Below, piece after piece: positions 1 to 12,829 of a stretch of 64,000 bases of DNA. The position numbers were made by a program, and so were the translations under genes. The stretch lies in assembly GCF_030028105.1 (NCBI RefSeq), contig NC_092397.1, positions 20,532,630-20,596,629 of the forward strand. Direction: 5' to 3'. This DNA is from Mobula birostris (Eukaryota). Below the pieces are notes generated by a model. The model was not told the DNA's origin and did not search any database. It worked only from the letters and a program-made list of their open reading frames with translations. Each line of letters begins with the position of its first letter. Position 1 is the first letter of the stretch.

Positions 1-674
1 AAGTGTGGTGGAGGCTGCATCATCCTGTGGGTATGCTTCACTGCAGCAGGCCCTGAAAGGCACGTAAAGGTAGAGGGTAAAATGATTGCAGCAAAATACA
101 GGGAAATCCTGGAGGAAAACCTAATTCAGTCTTCAAGAGAACTGCGACTTAGAGGAGAAAATTAATTTTCCAGCAAGACAATGACCGCAAACATAAAACC
201 AAAGCTGCACAGGAATGCCTTAAAACAACAAAGTTAATGTCCTGGAGTGGCTTTGTGAGAGTCCTGACCTCAATCCAATTGAGAATTTGTGGCTGGACTT
301 GAAAAGATCTGTTCACTCACCAACCCATGCATTCTGACAGAGCTTCAGCAGTTTTGTAAAGGAGAATGAGGAAAATTGCAGTGTTCAGATGTGCAAAGCT
401 GATAGACGCCGATCCATCCACACAGACTCAACTGTAAACACTGTCAAAGGTGCATCAACTAATTACCGATTTGAAGGAGATGAATACTAATGCAATGAAT
501 TATTTTTTGTTTTATATTTACAATTAATTTAGATCACTTTGTGGAGATCTGCTTTCACTTTGACACCGTGGAGTCTTTTCTGTTGATCAGTGTCAAAAAA
601 GCAAAATTAAATCCATTGCAAAACAATAAAACATAAAAACTTCTAAGGAGATTGAACATTTTTTATAGGCACTG
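1..674 (+). mobile_element. Tc1-like DNA transposon, 3' part (decayed DD34E transposase plus right TIR)
   Basis: Translates to GGGCIILWVCF...KYREILEENL...FQQDND.KH...SPDLNPIENLW with stops and frameshifts; ends ...ATAGGCACTG followed by TA (675-676). Confidence 0.9.
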
Positions 675-899
675 TATCCACTCCTTCACCAGCACGTTAT
701 GAACAAATCCACCCTGCTCCTTTCCATTTTGCCGATTCCGTGTGGAACATTGAATACAGTGGAAGGTCGAATTCCCAGTTCCAGTCTCTGTAACCATGTC
801 CCTGCAATAGCTTTTAGATCAAACATATTCGACAGTACACAATATGGGACAGATGGCAACCTGCCCTTCGACCCACAATATCTGCACCAATCATGATAA

Positions 900-1470
900 T
901 GATCAGACTTTATAAACCTGGGGAGGCCTCATTGGTGTATTGTGAGCAGTTTTGGGCCCTTTACCTTAGGAAGGATGAGCTGAAATTGGGTGGGTTTCAA
1001 AGGACGTTCTCCAGTTTGATTCCTGGATGAAACAGCTTGTCATATGAAGAGCGTTTGATGGCTCTGGGCCTGTTTTCTCTGGAATTTCTGAACAATGAGG
1101 GGTGGCCCATTTGAAACCTATCAAATGGTCAAAGGCAGTGATAAAGTGGATGTGCAGAAGATGGGACTGTATAATATCAGAGGACATAGCCTCAGAATAG
1201 AGGATCGTCCTTGTAGAATGTGGAGATGGGGAATTTCTTTAGCCAGGGACTGGTGAATCTGTAGAATTCATTGCCAAAGGAAGCTGTTAAGCCAGGACTT
1301 TATGTATATTTAAGGCGGAGGTTGATAGATTCTTGATTGGTCAGAGTATGAAGGGATACAGGGGAAAGGCAGGAGACTGGGGCTGAGAGGAAAAATGGAT
1401 CAGCCACAATGAAATGTCGGAGCAGACTTGATGGGCCAAATGGTCTAATTCTGCTCCTATACCTTAGTCT
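900..1470 (+). mobile_element. CR1 LINE 3' fragment
   Basis: CR1 C-terminus (YCEQFWAL, NL*NSLP) and 3' tail (gggccaaatggtctaattctgctccta). Confidence 0.8.
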
Positions 1471-1479
1471 GTATTATCT

Positions 1480-3400
1480 CCTCAAAAACCTCAATCAATT
1501 TTATCATGTGTGATCTGCCCACAGAAAATCATGCTGATTGTCCCTTAACAGGCCATGCCTTTCCAAATGTGCATAAATCCTGTACCTCAATATCCTCCCC
1601 AGTAGCTTCTCTACCACTGAAATGAGGCTGCCTTGCCTATAGGTTCCTGGATTCTTGTTATTTCCCTTCTTAATCAAAACTGCAACATTTGCAACACTCC
1701 AGTCCTGTGGGACCTCACATGTTGTGATCGAGGACACATAGATCCTTGTCAAATCCCCAGCAATCTGCTCGCCTGCTTCCTTTACTATTGTAGGATATAT
1801 GCCTTCAGGCCTGGAGTGTTATCCACTTTATTGATTTTCAGACGTCCCAGCACAACCTCCTCCTTAATCTCAACATGTCTCTGCACGTTAGCATGTCTCA
1901 CTCTGTTTTCATTGCCATTCAATTCCTTCTCATAAATACTAACACAACGTACCCATTTAGTACCTCAGCCACTTGGTCTGACTTCAACCACATCATTCCT
2001 CCTTTAATCTTGAGTTGACCTTTCCATTCTCTGGTTATCCTCGTTTTATTAATACAAGTCACAAGGCCTTGGGATTATCTTTAGTCCCACTTCACAAGGA
2101 CCGGTTGTGGCCCCGATTTGGCCTTTCCTATCATCTGCTTTAGCATTTCCCTGCTATCGTTATATTCCAAAGGTACCCAGTCTGACTTTAGCTTCACAAA
2201 CCTTACATACCCTTCTGTCTAAATTTAGGATCTCTGTGCTCATCCAAAGTTCCCTTCCCCCTCCTCACTCCTCACCGAACATGCTGATCCTGAACTCAGA
2301 GTTGCTGCTCTTTAAACAACTCCCACATATCAGATGTGGACTTGTCTGACAGTGGCTGCTCCCGATCAATGTTGCCTGGCTCCTGCCTTCCTCCGTCCTG
2401 ACTTGTCCTCCTGCAAATTAGTACTTTCATACAAGATCTAATTTTATTCTACTCATAAGTTTTAAAAAAAAAAGTTGTGATCACTGTTCCCAAAATGTTC
2501 ACTGACTCTTGGCTGTTAGCTGGCCTGGCTCGTTTCTCAAAACTAATTCCTGTATGTTCTCAACTCTGGTTGGGCCCTGTACATAATGTTCCAAACACTC
2601 CTCTAATTCACTGAACAAATCTTGCGCATCTAAGTATTAAGCAAGATCCAGTCAATTCTAGGGAAGATGAAGTCGCTCACTATGACAACCCTGTTGTTCT
2701 GCACCTCTCCATAAGCATCAACATATCCGATCCTCCACCTCCCGGTGGTTATTGGGGGCCAATACGATAATCCCATCAGTGTAACTGCAGATCGCCTCTG
2801 TAAATGAGCCTTCCAGTTTGCTGTGACATTCCCAGTGGGGTAACCTCTGCATCTTTTAACCGCACCCCCCATCCCCAGTCACATGTAAAACAATCAAACC
2901 CAGGAATGTTGAGCTGCCAGCCCTGTCCGTCTGACAACATAACGCTCCTAATGTTGAAATAAACTCATTTCAGCCGATCAGTCCCACCATGTTTATTAGC
3001 CTGACATTGGCTCTCGTTCTTTTCAGACTGTCTTGTCAGACATACATTCTCCCACTTGCTACTCCAGTTCAAACTCTGCCAAGTGACACCATCAAACCTC
3101 CTGGCGAAAATGTTGGTTCCCGTCCGGTTCAGATGCAAATGGTCTCGTTTGTCCTGGTCTCCCACCTGCCTGGAAGAGAGCCCATTGATCCATGAAGACC
3201 TCCCTCCCACATCAGTTCCTCAGCAACATATTAAACTGCATGAAATATCGATTTCCCACCCCACAGCCACATGCTTTGAATCGTAATACAATCCTGGAAG
3301 TCCTGATTTTTGTTAACCTTGTTCCCGAAAATCACTGTGCAGGACCTCATCCCTGCTCGTTTAAACCCTTCCGTGTAGCATGAAGGCGGCTCCCCGGAAA
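1480..3400 (-). mobile_element. Decayed CR1 LINE (RT start, APE endonuclease and ORF1 esterase remnants)
   Basis: EVPQDWSVANV...GTYRQGSLISVVEKLL (1504-1752); VVIVSDFIFPRIDW (2630-2872); DHLHLNRTGTNIFARRF (2965-3210). Confidence 0.75.
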
Positions 3401-3544
3401 CATATTGGCTCCCCTCCTCCTTGGACCCGTCTCTCATTTCCCTTGAGACCCAATGACCCTTGTACCTGAAGACCCACCCACCTCGCAACCGCTCCTCAGC
3501 CACCACTTTACCTGGGCTTTAGAAGATTCCAGAAGCCATAATCA

Positions 3545-4114
3545 TTGTCATACTTTATTGATCCCGGGGGAAATTGGTTTTTGTTACAGTTGCACCATAA
3601 ATAATAGTATTAGAACCATTAATAATTTAAATAGTAATATGTAAATTATGCCAGTAAATTATGAAATAAGTCCAGGACCAGCCTATCAGCTCAGGGTGTC
3701 TGACCCTCCAAGGGAGGAGTTGTAAAGTTTGATGGCCACAAGCAGGAATGACTTCCTATGACGCTCAGTGCTGCATCTCGGTGGAATGAGTCTCTGGCTG
3801 AATGTACTCCTGTGCCCACCCAGTACATTATGTAGTGGATGGGAGACATTGACCGAGATGGCATGCAACTTAGACAGCATCCTCTTTTCAGACACCACCG
3901 TGAGAGAGTCCAGTTCTATCCCCACAACATCACTGGCCTTACGAATGAGTTTGTTGATTCTGTTGGTGTCTGCTACCCTCAGCCTGCTGCCCCAGCACAC
4001 AACAGCAAACATGATAACACTGGCCACCACAGACTCGTAGAACATCCTCAGCATCGTCCGACAGATGTTAAAGGACCTCAGTCTCCTCAGGAAATGGAGA
4101 CGGCTCTGACCCTT
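3545..4114 (-). mobile_element. Rex/Babar-type LINE 3' end (copy 1)
   Basis: RLHFLRRLRSF...MLRMFYESVVAS...HPLH...RCSTERHRKSF; tail GGGATCAATAAAGTATGAC; near-identical to 31975-32573. Confidence 0.85.
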
Positions 4115-4430
4115 AGAAAAGCGCAGTCTATATATCTGGTTATGTATCCTGTTCCTGTATGTGACCGGTCTTTCATTTCCCTGGCGATCCAGAGGAACAA
4201 TTGTTCTAATGAATTAACCCTCTCATCACTGGAAGTGACTGCACCCTCGCCCACCAACTGCTGTGTGTGAGGGCGCTCGCACTGGTCAAGGATCCGGGGA
4301 GGGACAGACCGAGGTCCTCGGGGATTTGCGGAATGGAAAAGCACTTTCTATAATTTAAAGCAGGAGAATCGGCAAATTCCCAGAAATCCTCCAGTATGTA
4401 TGTGATGTGTGAGGGAGTTTTGTTTTTCGC

Positions 4431-4610
4431 TGGAGCGCTTTGTGTCGGATGAATCGTTGGAAATTGGCGGGTGTGGTAAAGTGAAGGCGGAGCTGGACGA
4501 TGAGAGGCCGCTCTCGGCTCTGTCCGTCACTCTGACTCTGTCTCCTCCCCTCCCCGCCTCTGTCTCTCTGCGCGTTTCTCGGGCAGGTCAGGGCGCTGTG
4601 TATAAAAGGA
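4431..4610 (+). promoter_or_regulatory. H4 proximal promoter
   Basis: TTGGCGGG E2F-like site, CCCCGCC GC box, GGTCA element, TATAAAAG at 4601-4608, about 60 bp upstream of the ATG. Confidence 0.75.
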
Positions 4611-4652
4611 GACAGCAGCAGGCAGTTTGTCAGTGAGCAGCGACCTGAGTGA

Positions 4653-4973
<321 letters not shown>

Positions 4974-5006
4974 AAAACTCCCACTTCCTCCCGAGCACAA
5001 AACAAA

Positions 5007-5048
5007 GGCTCTTCTAAGAGCCACCCACCGCCTCACAGACGGAGCCGT
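5007..5048 (+). terminator. Histone mRNA 3' stem-loop plus downstream element (H4)
   Basis: GGCTCT-TCTA-AGAGCC (5007-5022) then ACCCA; purine-rich ACGGAGCCG about 15 nt downstream. Confidence 0.93.
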
Positions 5049-5455
5049 ATCCACAACATTTTAATTATTTTTATCGATATATTCAGCTGTGTTACATTTG
5101 AAACAGATTAATCGGTTCCGCTTGAAATATTCCTGCGAATCTGCCTTTCCAGTCGGTGATTACTTCAGAACCTCTGAACGCATTAAGATCGATCTTAATC
5201 CTTTTATCCGTCTCGAACAGAAATCAGTTCAGTCGTTTAGAGAAACGATTCCAGAATTATGAATTCAAATCTCAACTCTAATTAGATATTAAATTCATTA
5301 AAAGAAACTGACATTGTATAATCCTTGATACAATTAATGGTAAATAATTTTAAAAGTAGTCAAGCACCGTTGCTGGGTGCTCTGAATTGGCGGGCAATTT
5401 GAAATTAATCCTGCGCCAATCACACTGTATTCTGATCCGATGAAGTCCGACCGCC

Positions 5456-5670
5456 AGTAAATTCCTGGAGATCCTTCACTATGACGTGGTGTGTTTCTCT
5501 CTCTCTCTCTCTCTGGAGCTCTGTGTTTCGGAAAAACCGTTGGAAATTGCCGGGTGTATTAAAGTGAAGACAGACCTGGAGGCTGAGAGGCCGGTCTCGG
5601 CTCTGTCCGTCACTCTGACTCTGTCTCCTCCTCTCCCCGCCTCTGCCTCTCTGCGCGTTTCTCCGGCAGG
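5456..5670 (+). pseudogene. Orphan duplicate of the H4 promoter (no TATA box, no CDS)
   Basis: 5514-5670 aligns with 4431-4587 (shared ctcggctctgtccgtcactctgactctgtctcctcc); CR1 sequence begins right after ...ggcagg. Confidence 0.85.
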
Positions 5671-7018
5671 AGAAGTGGCAGAGGACTGGAGGATGGGTTA
5701 TGTTATGCAGTAATTTAGAATCGAAGGAAAACTAAACACAAGAAACTGTGCAGATGCTGATGGAGGGTCTCGGCCTGAAACGCCGGCTGTTTACTCGCTG
5801 TCTGGCCTGCTGAGTTCCTCCAGCATTGTGTGTGTGTCGCTGCAAGGAAAAGCCCGGGAGCTTCAGACTGGTGAGACTCGTGTCTGGAAGGAGAGACCAC
5901 GTGATCCAGGGCCCTGGGTACAATATCGGCCTGGTGGTTGGAGAAAAGGTCATTATTTAGACTGGAGACCTGTGATCAATAGTCTGGCACCGGGATTCGA
6001 GTCAAGTCTGCTGTTGCTAAAGACTCGGCTGACAATGTCAACGTCCGGCTCAGCAAATCTGCCGATGTCAGTAAAGTTGGTGATATCGTGGAGTGTGAAA
6101 CAAGGTAACTAACATTACAACAGGATGGTGATCAATGAGGTCAGTGATTTGAGGAATGATAGATAAATGTGAGATGTTCCATCGTCATTGACGAACCAGG
6201 GCAGAACTGCCGTGGGGAATGGTCTGTCCCTGGGAGTGCTGTAAAACAGAGATATCGGGGTGTAGATATCGAATTCCTTCAGAGTGTAAACACAGGTCGG
6301 CAGGACGGTGAAGAAGCTGTTCGCTACACTCGCATTCATCGGTCAGAGTATCGGGCACTGGACTGTGACGTCACATTACAGCTCTACCAGCCTCGGGGAA
6401 ACTACTCTCGGAGCACGGAGTACAATTATAGTTGCCCTGGGATCAGAGGGTGACATTAAACTGGAGAGGGTGCAAAAGGGATTTAACAGGAGGCTGGATA
6501 GGCCAGGACCTTTCTCACCAGAGTGTATGTGACATTAGAGAGGTGAGAAAATAATGGCAGTCATTGATACGGTCAATAGTGAATCTGTTATCTCCAGGGA
6601 TATGGGGTTGGAAGCGAGAGATTACAGGTATAAAGTGAAAGAGGGAAGTTTTAAATGGGATCCTGAGGAACAGGTTTTATACACAGAATGTGCTGTTTAC
6701 ATGGAACAAACTACCCCAAGTGGTGGTATAGTTGGGCACAGTTGCAATATCTCTTGGACTGTGGAGAAGGAAGTTTCACAGGGACATGGGCCAAATGCAG
6801 GCACCTGACAATGGTTTTGTTTGGCCACTTGGTCAGCATGGATGTGTTGGACTGAAGGGCCTGTTTCTGTGCTGCATAACTCAGTGACTATGTCTGCTGC
6901 TGTGGCAGAGCGGGAGGGACAGTGTCAGTAGTGAGAAGGTTTGAGGGATGTAGACAGGAGAGTGAATGGTTGAGAATGTGGCAGATGGAACAGAGTGTGG
7001 GGAAATATGAGATCACCC
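5671..7018 (+). mobile_element. Decayed CR1 LINE pieces with a Penelope-type terminal repeat (5735-5845)
   Basis: gcagaggactggagg, LAFIGQSI, LERVQKGF, 3' tail gaagggcctgtttctgtgctg; ctgctgagttcctccagcattgtgtg motif. Confidence 0.7.
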
Positions 7019-7020
7019 AA

Positions 7021-7057
7021 CCTCATTAGCATACTGTTCCGGGCGCTGCCTATTTAA
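7021..7057 (+). promoter_or_regulatory. H2B promoter: octamer variant plus TATA
   Basis: CTC-ATTAGCAT-A (octamer 7025-7032; consensus ATTTGCAT) and TATTTAA 7051-7057. Confidence 0.75.
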
Positions 7058-7109
7058 TTCGTGCTCCGAGTCAGTTCTGCTTCTTCAGGGTCTGAAACCG
7101 ACGGAAGAA

Positions 7110-7484
7110 ATGCCTGAGCCAGCGAAATCCGCTCCGAAGAAGGGCACCAAGAAAGTTTTGTCCAAACCAGCAGGCAAGGCAGGGAAGAAGCGCAAGAGGC
7201 TGAGAAAGGAGAGTTACTCCATCTACATCTACAAAGTGATGAAGCAGGTTCACCCCGATACTGGCATCTCCTCCAAGGCGATGAGCATCATGAACTCGTT
7301 CGTCAACGATATCTTCGAGAGAATCGGGGGCGAGGCTTCCCGCCTGGCCCACTACAACAAGCGGTCAACCATCACCTCACGGGAGATCCAGACCGCCGTG
7401 CGCCTGCTGCTGCCCGGGGAGCTGGCCAAGCACGCCGTGTCCGAAGGGACAAAGGCGGTAACCAAGTACACCAGCTCCAAGTAA
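7110..7484 (+). CDS. H2B: Histone H2B
   Basis: 124-aa [12 protein letters not shown]...[26 protein letters not shown]...AVTKYTSSK. Confidence 0.99.
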   Translation: MPEPAKSAPKKGTKKVLSKPAGKAGKKRKRLRKESYSIYIYKVMKQVHPDTGISSKAMSIMNSFVNDIFERIGGEASRLAHYNKRSTITSREIQTAVRLLLPGELAKHAVSEGTKAVTKYTSSK

Positions 7485-7515
7485 AGCTCTCCAGTGCGAT
7501 GATCGAAAACAAAAC

Positions 7516-7558
7516 GGCTCTTTTAAGAGCCACTCACAATTTCACTAAGAGGGTTGTA
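7516..7558 (+). terminator. Histone 3' stem-loop plus HDE (H2B)
   Basis: GGCTCT-TTTA-AGAGCC (7516-7531); AAGAGGGTTG downstream. Confidence 0.93.
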
Positions 7559-8235
7559 CTAAAATTTAGACATTAAATTGCACACATTTTATGTCTTGTG
7601 TCTTTTACAAGAGCTAAGGTAGGGTTGGAGTATCCGGTTCATCTCCGTATAATCCCGGTTTTTTACATTCCTCCCACTGCACGTACACGGACTTGTTACC
7701 TTCAAATCCTCACCAGTCCGTCCCCACCGGTATCCATGACGAGCGGAGGATTGCTGCCTTTGCTGTTTTAGCTGTGGGTTCTGGAGTTTGTTAGTTACAG
7801 TTGGGTAACTTCTCTGAATATTATTTCAATGCGAGGCCTGAACGAGTTCATGATTGTTTCATAGAACATTTTTAAATTGCAAACTAGCCACTGGTCACAG
7901 TTTGAGAAGAGCCGTTTGTCCATAACCTGATAACGTTTACACAATGACCGACCGCGGGCAGAAGCAGAGGTCAGTTTTACTCGGTTCCGTTACTGGTTGA
8001 ATGAAATCAGAGAATTGAGTTCCCAGACATTTCAATATGAACTACACTTGCATTAAATGTGCTCGGTTTCAGTAACGGGGAAATGCGAACACTCAGTCGT
8101 CAAACAGATCAGCAATTATTTAATTTCTGATTAAATTTGAACAAGAGATTTATTTTCTGGCGGGCTTTTTCGAAATTTCAGTGTACTTTGGGGAGGAGAC
8201 GGTTACTTTCTGCGCTTCTACCTTTACGGACTGCT

Positions 8236-8346
8236 GATTGGTGATTAAGGCAGTTCTTCGATTGGGACGTTTCTCTTCACCAATGAGAATAAGTAAATTT
8301 ACACCAATCACAAACATCAGTTTGCATTCTCAAAGAAGGTATAAAA
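8236..8346 (+). promoter_or_regulatory. H2A promoter
   Basis: ATTGG 8237 and 8261, CCAAT 8280 and 8304, octamer-like GTTTGCAT 8320, TATAAAA 8340. Confidence 0.75.
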
Positions 8347-8411
8347 AGGGCGAGTTGGGGCGGGGCGAACATTCTTTCATTGTGAGTGGAGCAGTTGTTG
8401 TGACTGTGGAA

Positions 8412-8795
8412 ATGTCTGGACGTGGAAAAGGCACCGCTGGCAAAGTTCGGTCCAAAGCCAAATCTCGCTCGTCCCGGGCTGGACTGCAGTTCCCGGTCGG
8501 CCGGGTTCACAGACTCCTAAGAAAGGGCAACTATGCTGAGCGGGTGGGTGCCGGAGCCCCGGTTTATCTGGCTGCTGTGCTCGAGTATCTGACAGCAGAA
8601 ATCCTCGAATTGGCCGGCAACGCGGCCCGGGACAATAAGAAAACCCGCATCATCCCCCGACACCTGCAGCTGGCCGTCCGCAACGACGAGGAGCTCAACA
8701 AGCTGCTGGGAGGGGTGACTATCGCTCAGGGCGGTGTGTTACCCAATATCCAGGCCGTGCTGTTGCCCAAGAAAACCGGCGGTGCCAGTAAGTGA
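8412..8795 (+). CDS. H2A: Histone H2A (127 aa; true start at 8412, not 8238)
   Basis: [46 protein letters not shown]...[12 protein letters not shown]; no SQEY motif, so not H2A.X. Confidence 0.99.
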   Translation: MSGRGKGTAGKVRSKAKSRSSRAGLQFPVGRVHRLLRKGNYAERVGAGAPVYLAAVLEYLTAEILELAGNAARDNKKTRIIPRHLQLAVRNDEELNKLLGGVTIAQGGVLPNIQAVLLPKKTGGASK

Positions 8796-8825
8796 AGCGA
8801 AGTAAACTGAACCTATTTACCCAAA

Positions 8826-8866
8826 GGCTCTTTTCAGAGCCACTCACAGTGTCTGTGGAAGGGCTG
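8826..8866 (+). terminator. Histone 3' stem-loop plus HDE (H2A)
   Basis: Consensus GGCTCTTTTCAGAGCC (8826-8841); GGAAGGGCTG downstream. Confidence 0.95.
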
Positions 8867-9339
8867 AGCAGCGGATGATTTCCGTTCAGAGTAACCGGGC
8901 AGTGTATCTGTCACAGCCCCGACAGTTCTCTCTCCGTCACGTTTTTTTTTTCGCGAAGTAAACCGATATCTACCTGCACAGAAATCGGTCCGCTTCGGTC
9001 CTGACTCATTTCCCCTCTCTGCCGGCTCAATGGAGCTCTCTCCCCTTGCGGAGAGTCAGTGGGTTCGCTCGGCCCAGGGTCGTGAAATGAATTTCCAGAG
9101 TCAGCCCCCCGGACAGAGAATTTAATCTCCGATCATTGAACGATTCCGCTCTTCATGACTGAAACCGCGTTGTCTGGGTTTCACATTGCGGGTTGACCCG
9201 GGACCGTTCCGGTGTGCAGCAGGCGGGAACATCGCCTGTTCATTGCTTCATGAGAATTCCCACCGCCTCACAGAACAATAATATCTGCTGCTTTACATTT
9301 ATCTACAAAACTACATTTACCCTGTTGGAACTGACAGTA

Positions 9340-12330
9340 TTTACTGGAAATCTCGTCCACCCAGGTCTCTGAAATATAAATGAATATTTTGCGAGAGAGT
9401 TTGGTCAGATCTCCCGAGAGGCTCCCTCTGTGAGGCGGTGGGTTGCTCTGAGAACAGACTTTGGTTTGTTGGGTGGGTCGAGGTCTCCAGCACCGAAGGA
9501 CCCGTCACTTGTCGAGTCTGATTTCCCACAAAGAGGTTCAGTGTTGCCCTGTCTCTGGTAGGAACTTCGAAATACTGATTGAGAAAAATCTCCTGGGCAC
9601 ACTGAATAAATTCTGATCCACCAAACCCTTGGCATTACGGCTGTCCCAGTCAGCGTGAGAGAAGTTGAAATGTCCCTCTATTACAACCTTGTTGACTCCT
9701 GATATTTGATGACCAATAATACAATCCCATCAAAACCCTAGAACACCACAGCACAGTACAGGCCTTTCAGCCCTCGATGTAGTGTCGACCCATAGATTCC
9801 TTTCAAAAAAGTACTAAACCCACACTACTCCGTAACCCTCTATTTTTCTTTCATCCATGTGCCTGTCCAAGAGGCTCTTAAATTACCCCTCATGTTTTAG
9901 CCTCCACCACCGTCCCTGGCAAGTCATTCCAGGCACCCACAACCCTCTTTAAAAAAAGAACTACCCCTGATGTCTGCCCTAAACTTCCCTCCCTTGACTT
10001 TGTCCATATGCCCTCTGGTGTTTGCTATCCCTTCCTTACTTCAATATTATTGGGACAATCTCCAAGTACCACTGAGATGTTCTCCCTGATCAAGCACATC
10101 TCTCCCTCCTCTTCCCTGCACTCCATCATACCTGTAGCATTTGTACTGTGAAATGTCACAGGTATTTGTAGCATTTGTTGCCCCTCACACAACCATTTAT
10201 CGTTCGGGATATAACACTCCAGCCTCGTGCATGAATCCATGCCCAGAGGCCATCTGCTGTTCATAAACACAGGACAGTACAGGGGTGGCACTTTGGCCCT
10301 TCTCTACATATTCCTGTGCCTGTCTAACATTTCCTTAAATACTCCTGTGTTCTCTGCCTGTACCACCACCCCTGACAGTGCATTCAAAACCTCCACTACT
10401 CTGTTTTCTTCACTTCCTTCCTCTGACCTTAAATACATGTCAACTAGTAGAAGGCAATTCACTCCTGTGAAAAGTATTGCTAGCTATCTACACCAACTAT
10501 GACCTGCAAAATTCTATAAATTTCTATCAACTCGCTCCTGAGCCGATGCCACGACAGAAAAAAAGCTTCAGCATGTCCAGCCTCTCCTCACCGCACACCA
10601 CCTCCAGACCAGACATCCTGGTAAACCACCTCTGCACCTGCTCCACAACCTCCACACGCTTCCAATAATGAGGTGACCAGAACTGAGCACTGTACTCTCA
10701 ATGTGGCCTCACCAGCTTTTAGAAACCTGTAACATCATGTCCTGGTGCTTGAACTCAATGCCTTGCCTGATGAAGACAAACATGTCATACACGACTTCAC
10801 CTCCCTGTCAACCTGTGCTCGCAGTTTCAGTGAGACTGTGTGCTTGGACCCTAACATCCTTCTCTTTGTCAATACTGTTAATGTTCCTGCCATATCAGCA
10901 ACCGTTCGATATCCTGCTGTATCGTTTGGAACTCTTCTGTGCAATGACAGTGCCACCAGTCTGTGTGCCATCTGCCAACTTACTCACCTACACAACCACA
11001 TCTTTTATCCACATCATTTATATCACGAACAACCGATATCCCAGTACAAACGTCTCTGGTTGACGACTCATCACAGACCTCCACCCAGAACAGGACCCAT
11101 GCACCACTAACCACTCCCTTCCATGGGAAAGACAATCAGCCACATCACTGTGGACCCATCCTAAACTCCTTGTTGAGCCTACCATGTGGGACCTTGTCGA
11201 ACACCTCACCCTGTTTGATTTCAGCTTCCTAAACCTTACAAATGCTTTTTCCTCCTCCTTGACTAAATTAATTTCCTCTCTCATCATCCAAGGTTCCTCT
11301 ACCTTGCTGACTTTGACCCTCCCTCTCACTGGAACAAACTGGCCCTGAAACACTGTGCAGCTGGTCTTTAGAAAAACTCCATGTCAGATGTGGATTTGCC
11401 TCAAAATCCATCCTTACAGCATTACTGTGCATGACATCAAACTCAGCTTCAATCTCTCCATTCAGTGACTGGTGTTCCGGTTCACATCCCCCTGTCAATC
11501 TCGTTTCAGCCTTCCCAGGGAGCAGCGATGAACCTCATGATACTGACCCGCCTCCAGTGAAGGTGCAAACCATCCCTCTTGTACAGGTCACCAGAAGAGG
11601 TTCCAATGATCCAGAATCCTGAAACCTGCCCCTGCACCAGCTCCTCAGCCACACATTCATCTGCTCTAACTTTCTGTCCCTAACACCACGACCACACGAC
11701 ACTGGGATTTACCCGGAGATTACAACCCTTCAGGTCCCGCTCTTTAACTTCTTCCCTAACTCTCTATATTCACTGTGTGGGACCTCTTCCCTCTTCTGCC
11801 TGTCTGTTAGAAACTGACATCAACCACCACCTCCAGCTCAATGAACACTGACCCCCCGGTTCTGTATCTGCTCTGAGACGTCCCTGACCCTGGCGCCAGG
11901 GAAGCAACACACCATCCAGAATCTCTCACTGACCTCCACCAACTCATCTATCCATTTACCCAGAACGATCACCCTGGCTGACGGCCCTCACCCCGTAAGC
12001 TTCAGAGCCAGTCTCAGTGACAGGACATCCCCCAGCAGTAGCAAAAAGAGGTTCAGTGTTGCTGAGGGGAATGGCCACAGGAGCTTGCTGTACTGAGGGC
12101 CTGTTCCCGTTACCTCTCCTTGCAGTCACTCAGCTACCTGCTGCCTGTACCTCAGGAGAGACCACCTCACTGAAACTCCAATCTGTAATGCACTCAGTGC
12201 CCTGTCTGGTCCTCAGTATGTCCACCTTCAGCTCCACTTCCTTCATACAGTCAGTGAGGAGCTGGATCTGGGTGCACATCCCACGGTGTAGTCCTCAGGG
12301 ACACTGAGAGTCTCCTTTGTATCACAAGGC
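9340..12330 (-). mobile_element. Several decayed CR1 LINE fragments
   Basis: CR1 tails (acagcacagtacaggcc at ~9750 and ~10270), RT fragments, EPWMMRE, ORF1 esterase remnants at 11600-12300. Confidence 0.7.
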
Positions 12331-12829
12331 CCACAGGGTGAACACACAAGTGCCCCAGCTGATTACTCCATTGTCCTCATTCTGAAAGTAAAGTAGGAAA
12401 GCACAACTTCTCAGATCTTAACAGTCTGTCTTTTCAGCCTCCTCTCACTGAAGCCTCTCAAGCAAACGCTTCAACTCCCCAGCGTTACATTAAATCTTGC
12501 CTCATCGTTGTGGGCCAAGGGACCTGTCCTGTACTGTTCTATGTTCTTCTACCTATGTACTAAATTTTAGACATAAGTGTTATGGGGAAAGGCTTTTCAC
12601 TGTCTGTGCTAATAACACCCCTCACAATCTGGCACACCCTCTCAGATTCTGCTCCTTTCTGAGGAAAGGAAACTCAAGCCATCCAATCTCACATCATTGA
12701 TTGGAAGGGGACACTAGCAGGGATGACGGCAGAGTTGCAGTGGCTCGAATTTCTGGGAAAAAGTTGGATGGTGCAGGACAGATAGTTCCCTTGTAGAAGT
12801 AGTAGTATTCTACAGTCAGGATAATGCAG

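Noticed and set aside
8238-8411. N-terminally extended 185-aa H2A
   Set aside because: The extension starts at a non-ATG codon and runs through the CCAAT/TATA promoter; the true ATG is at 8412.
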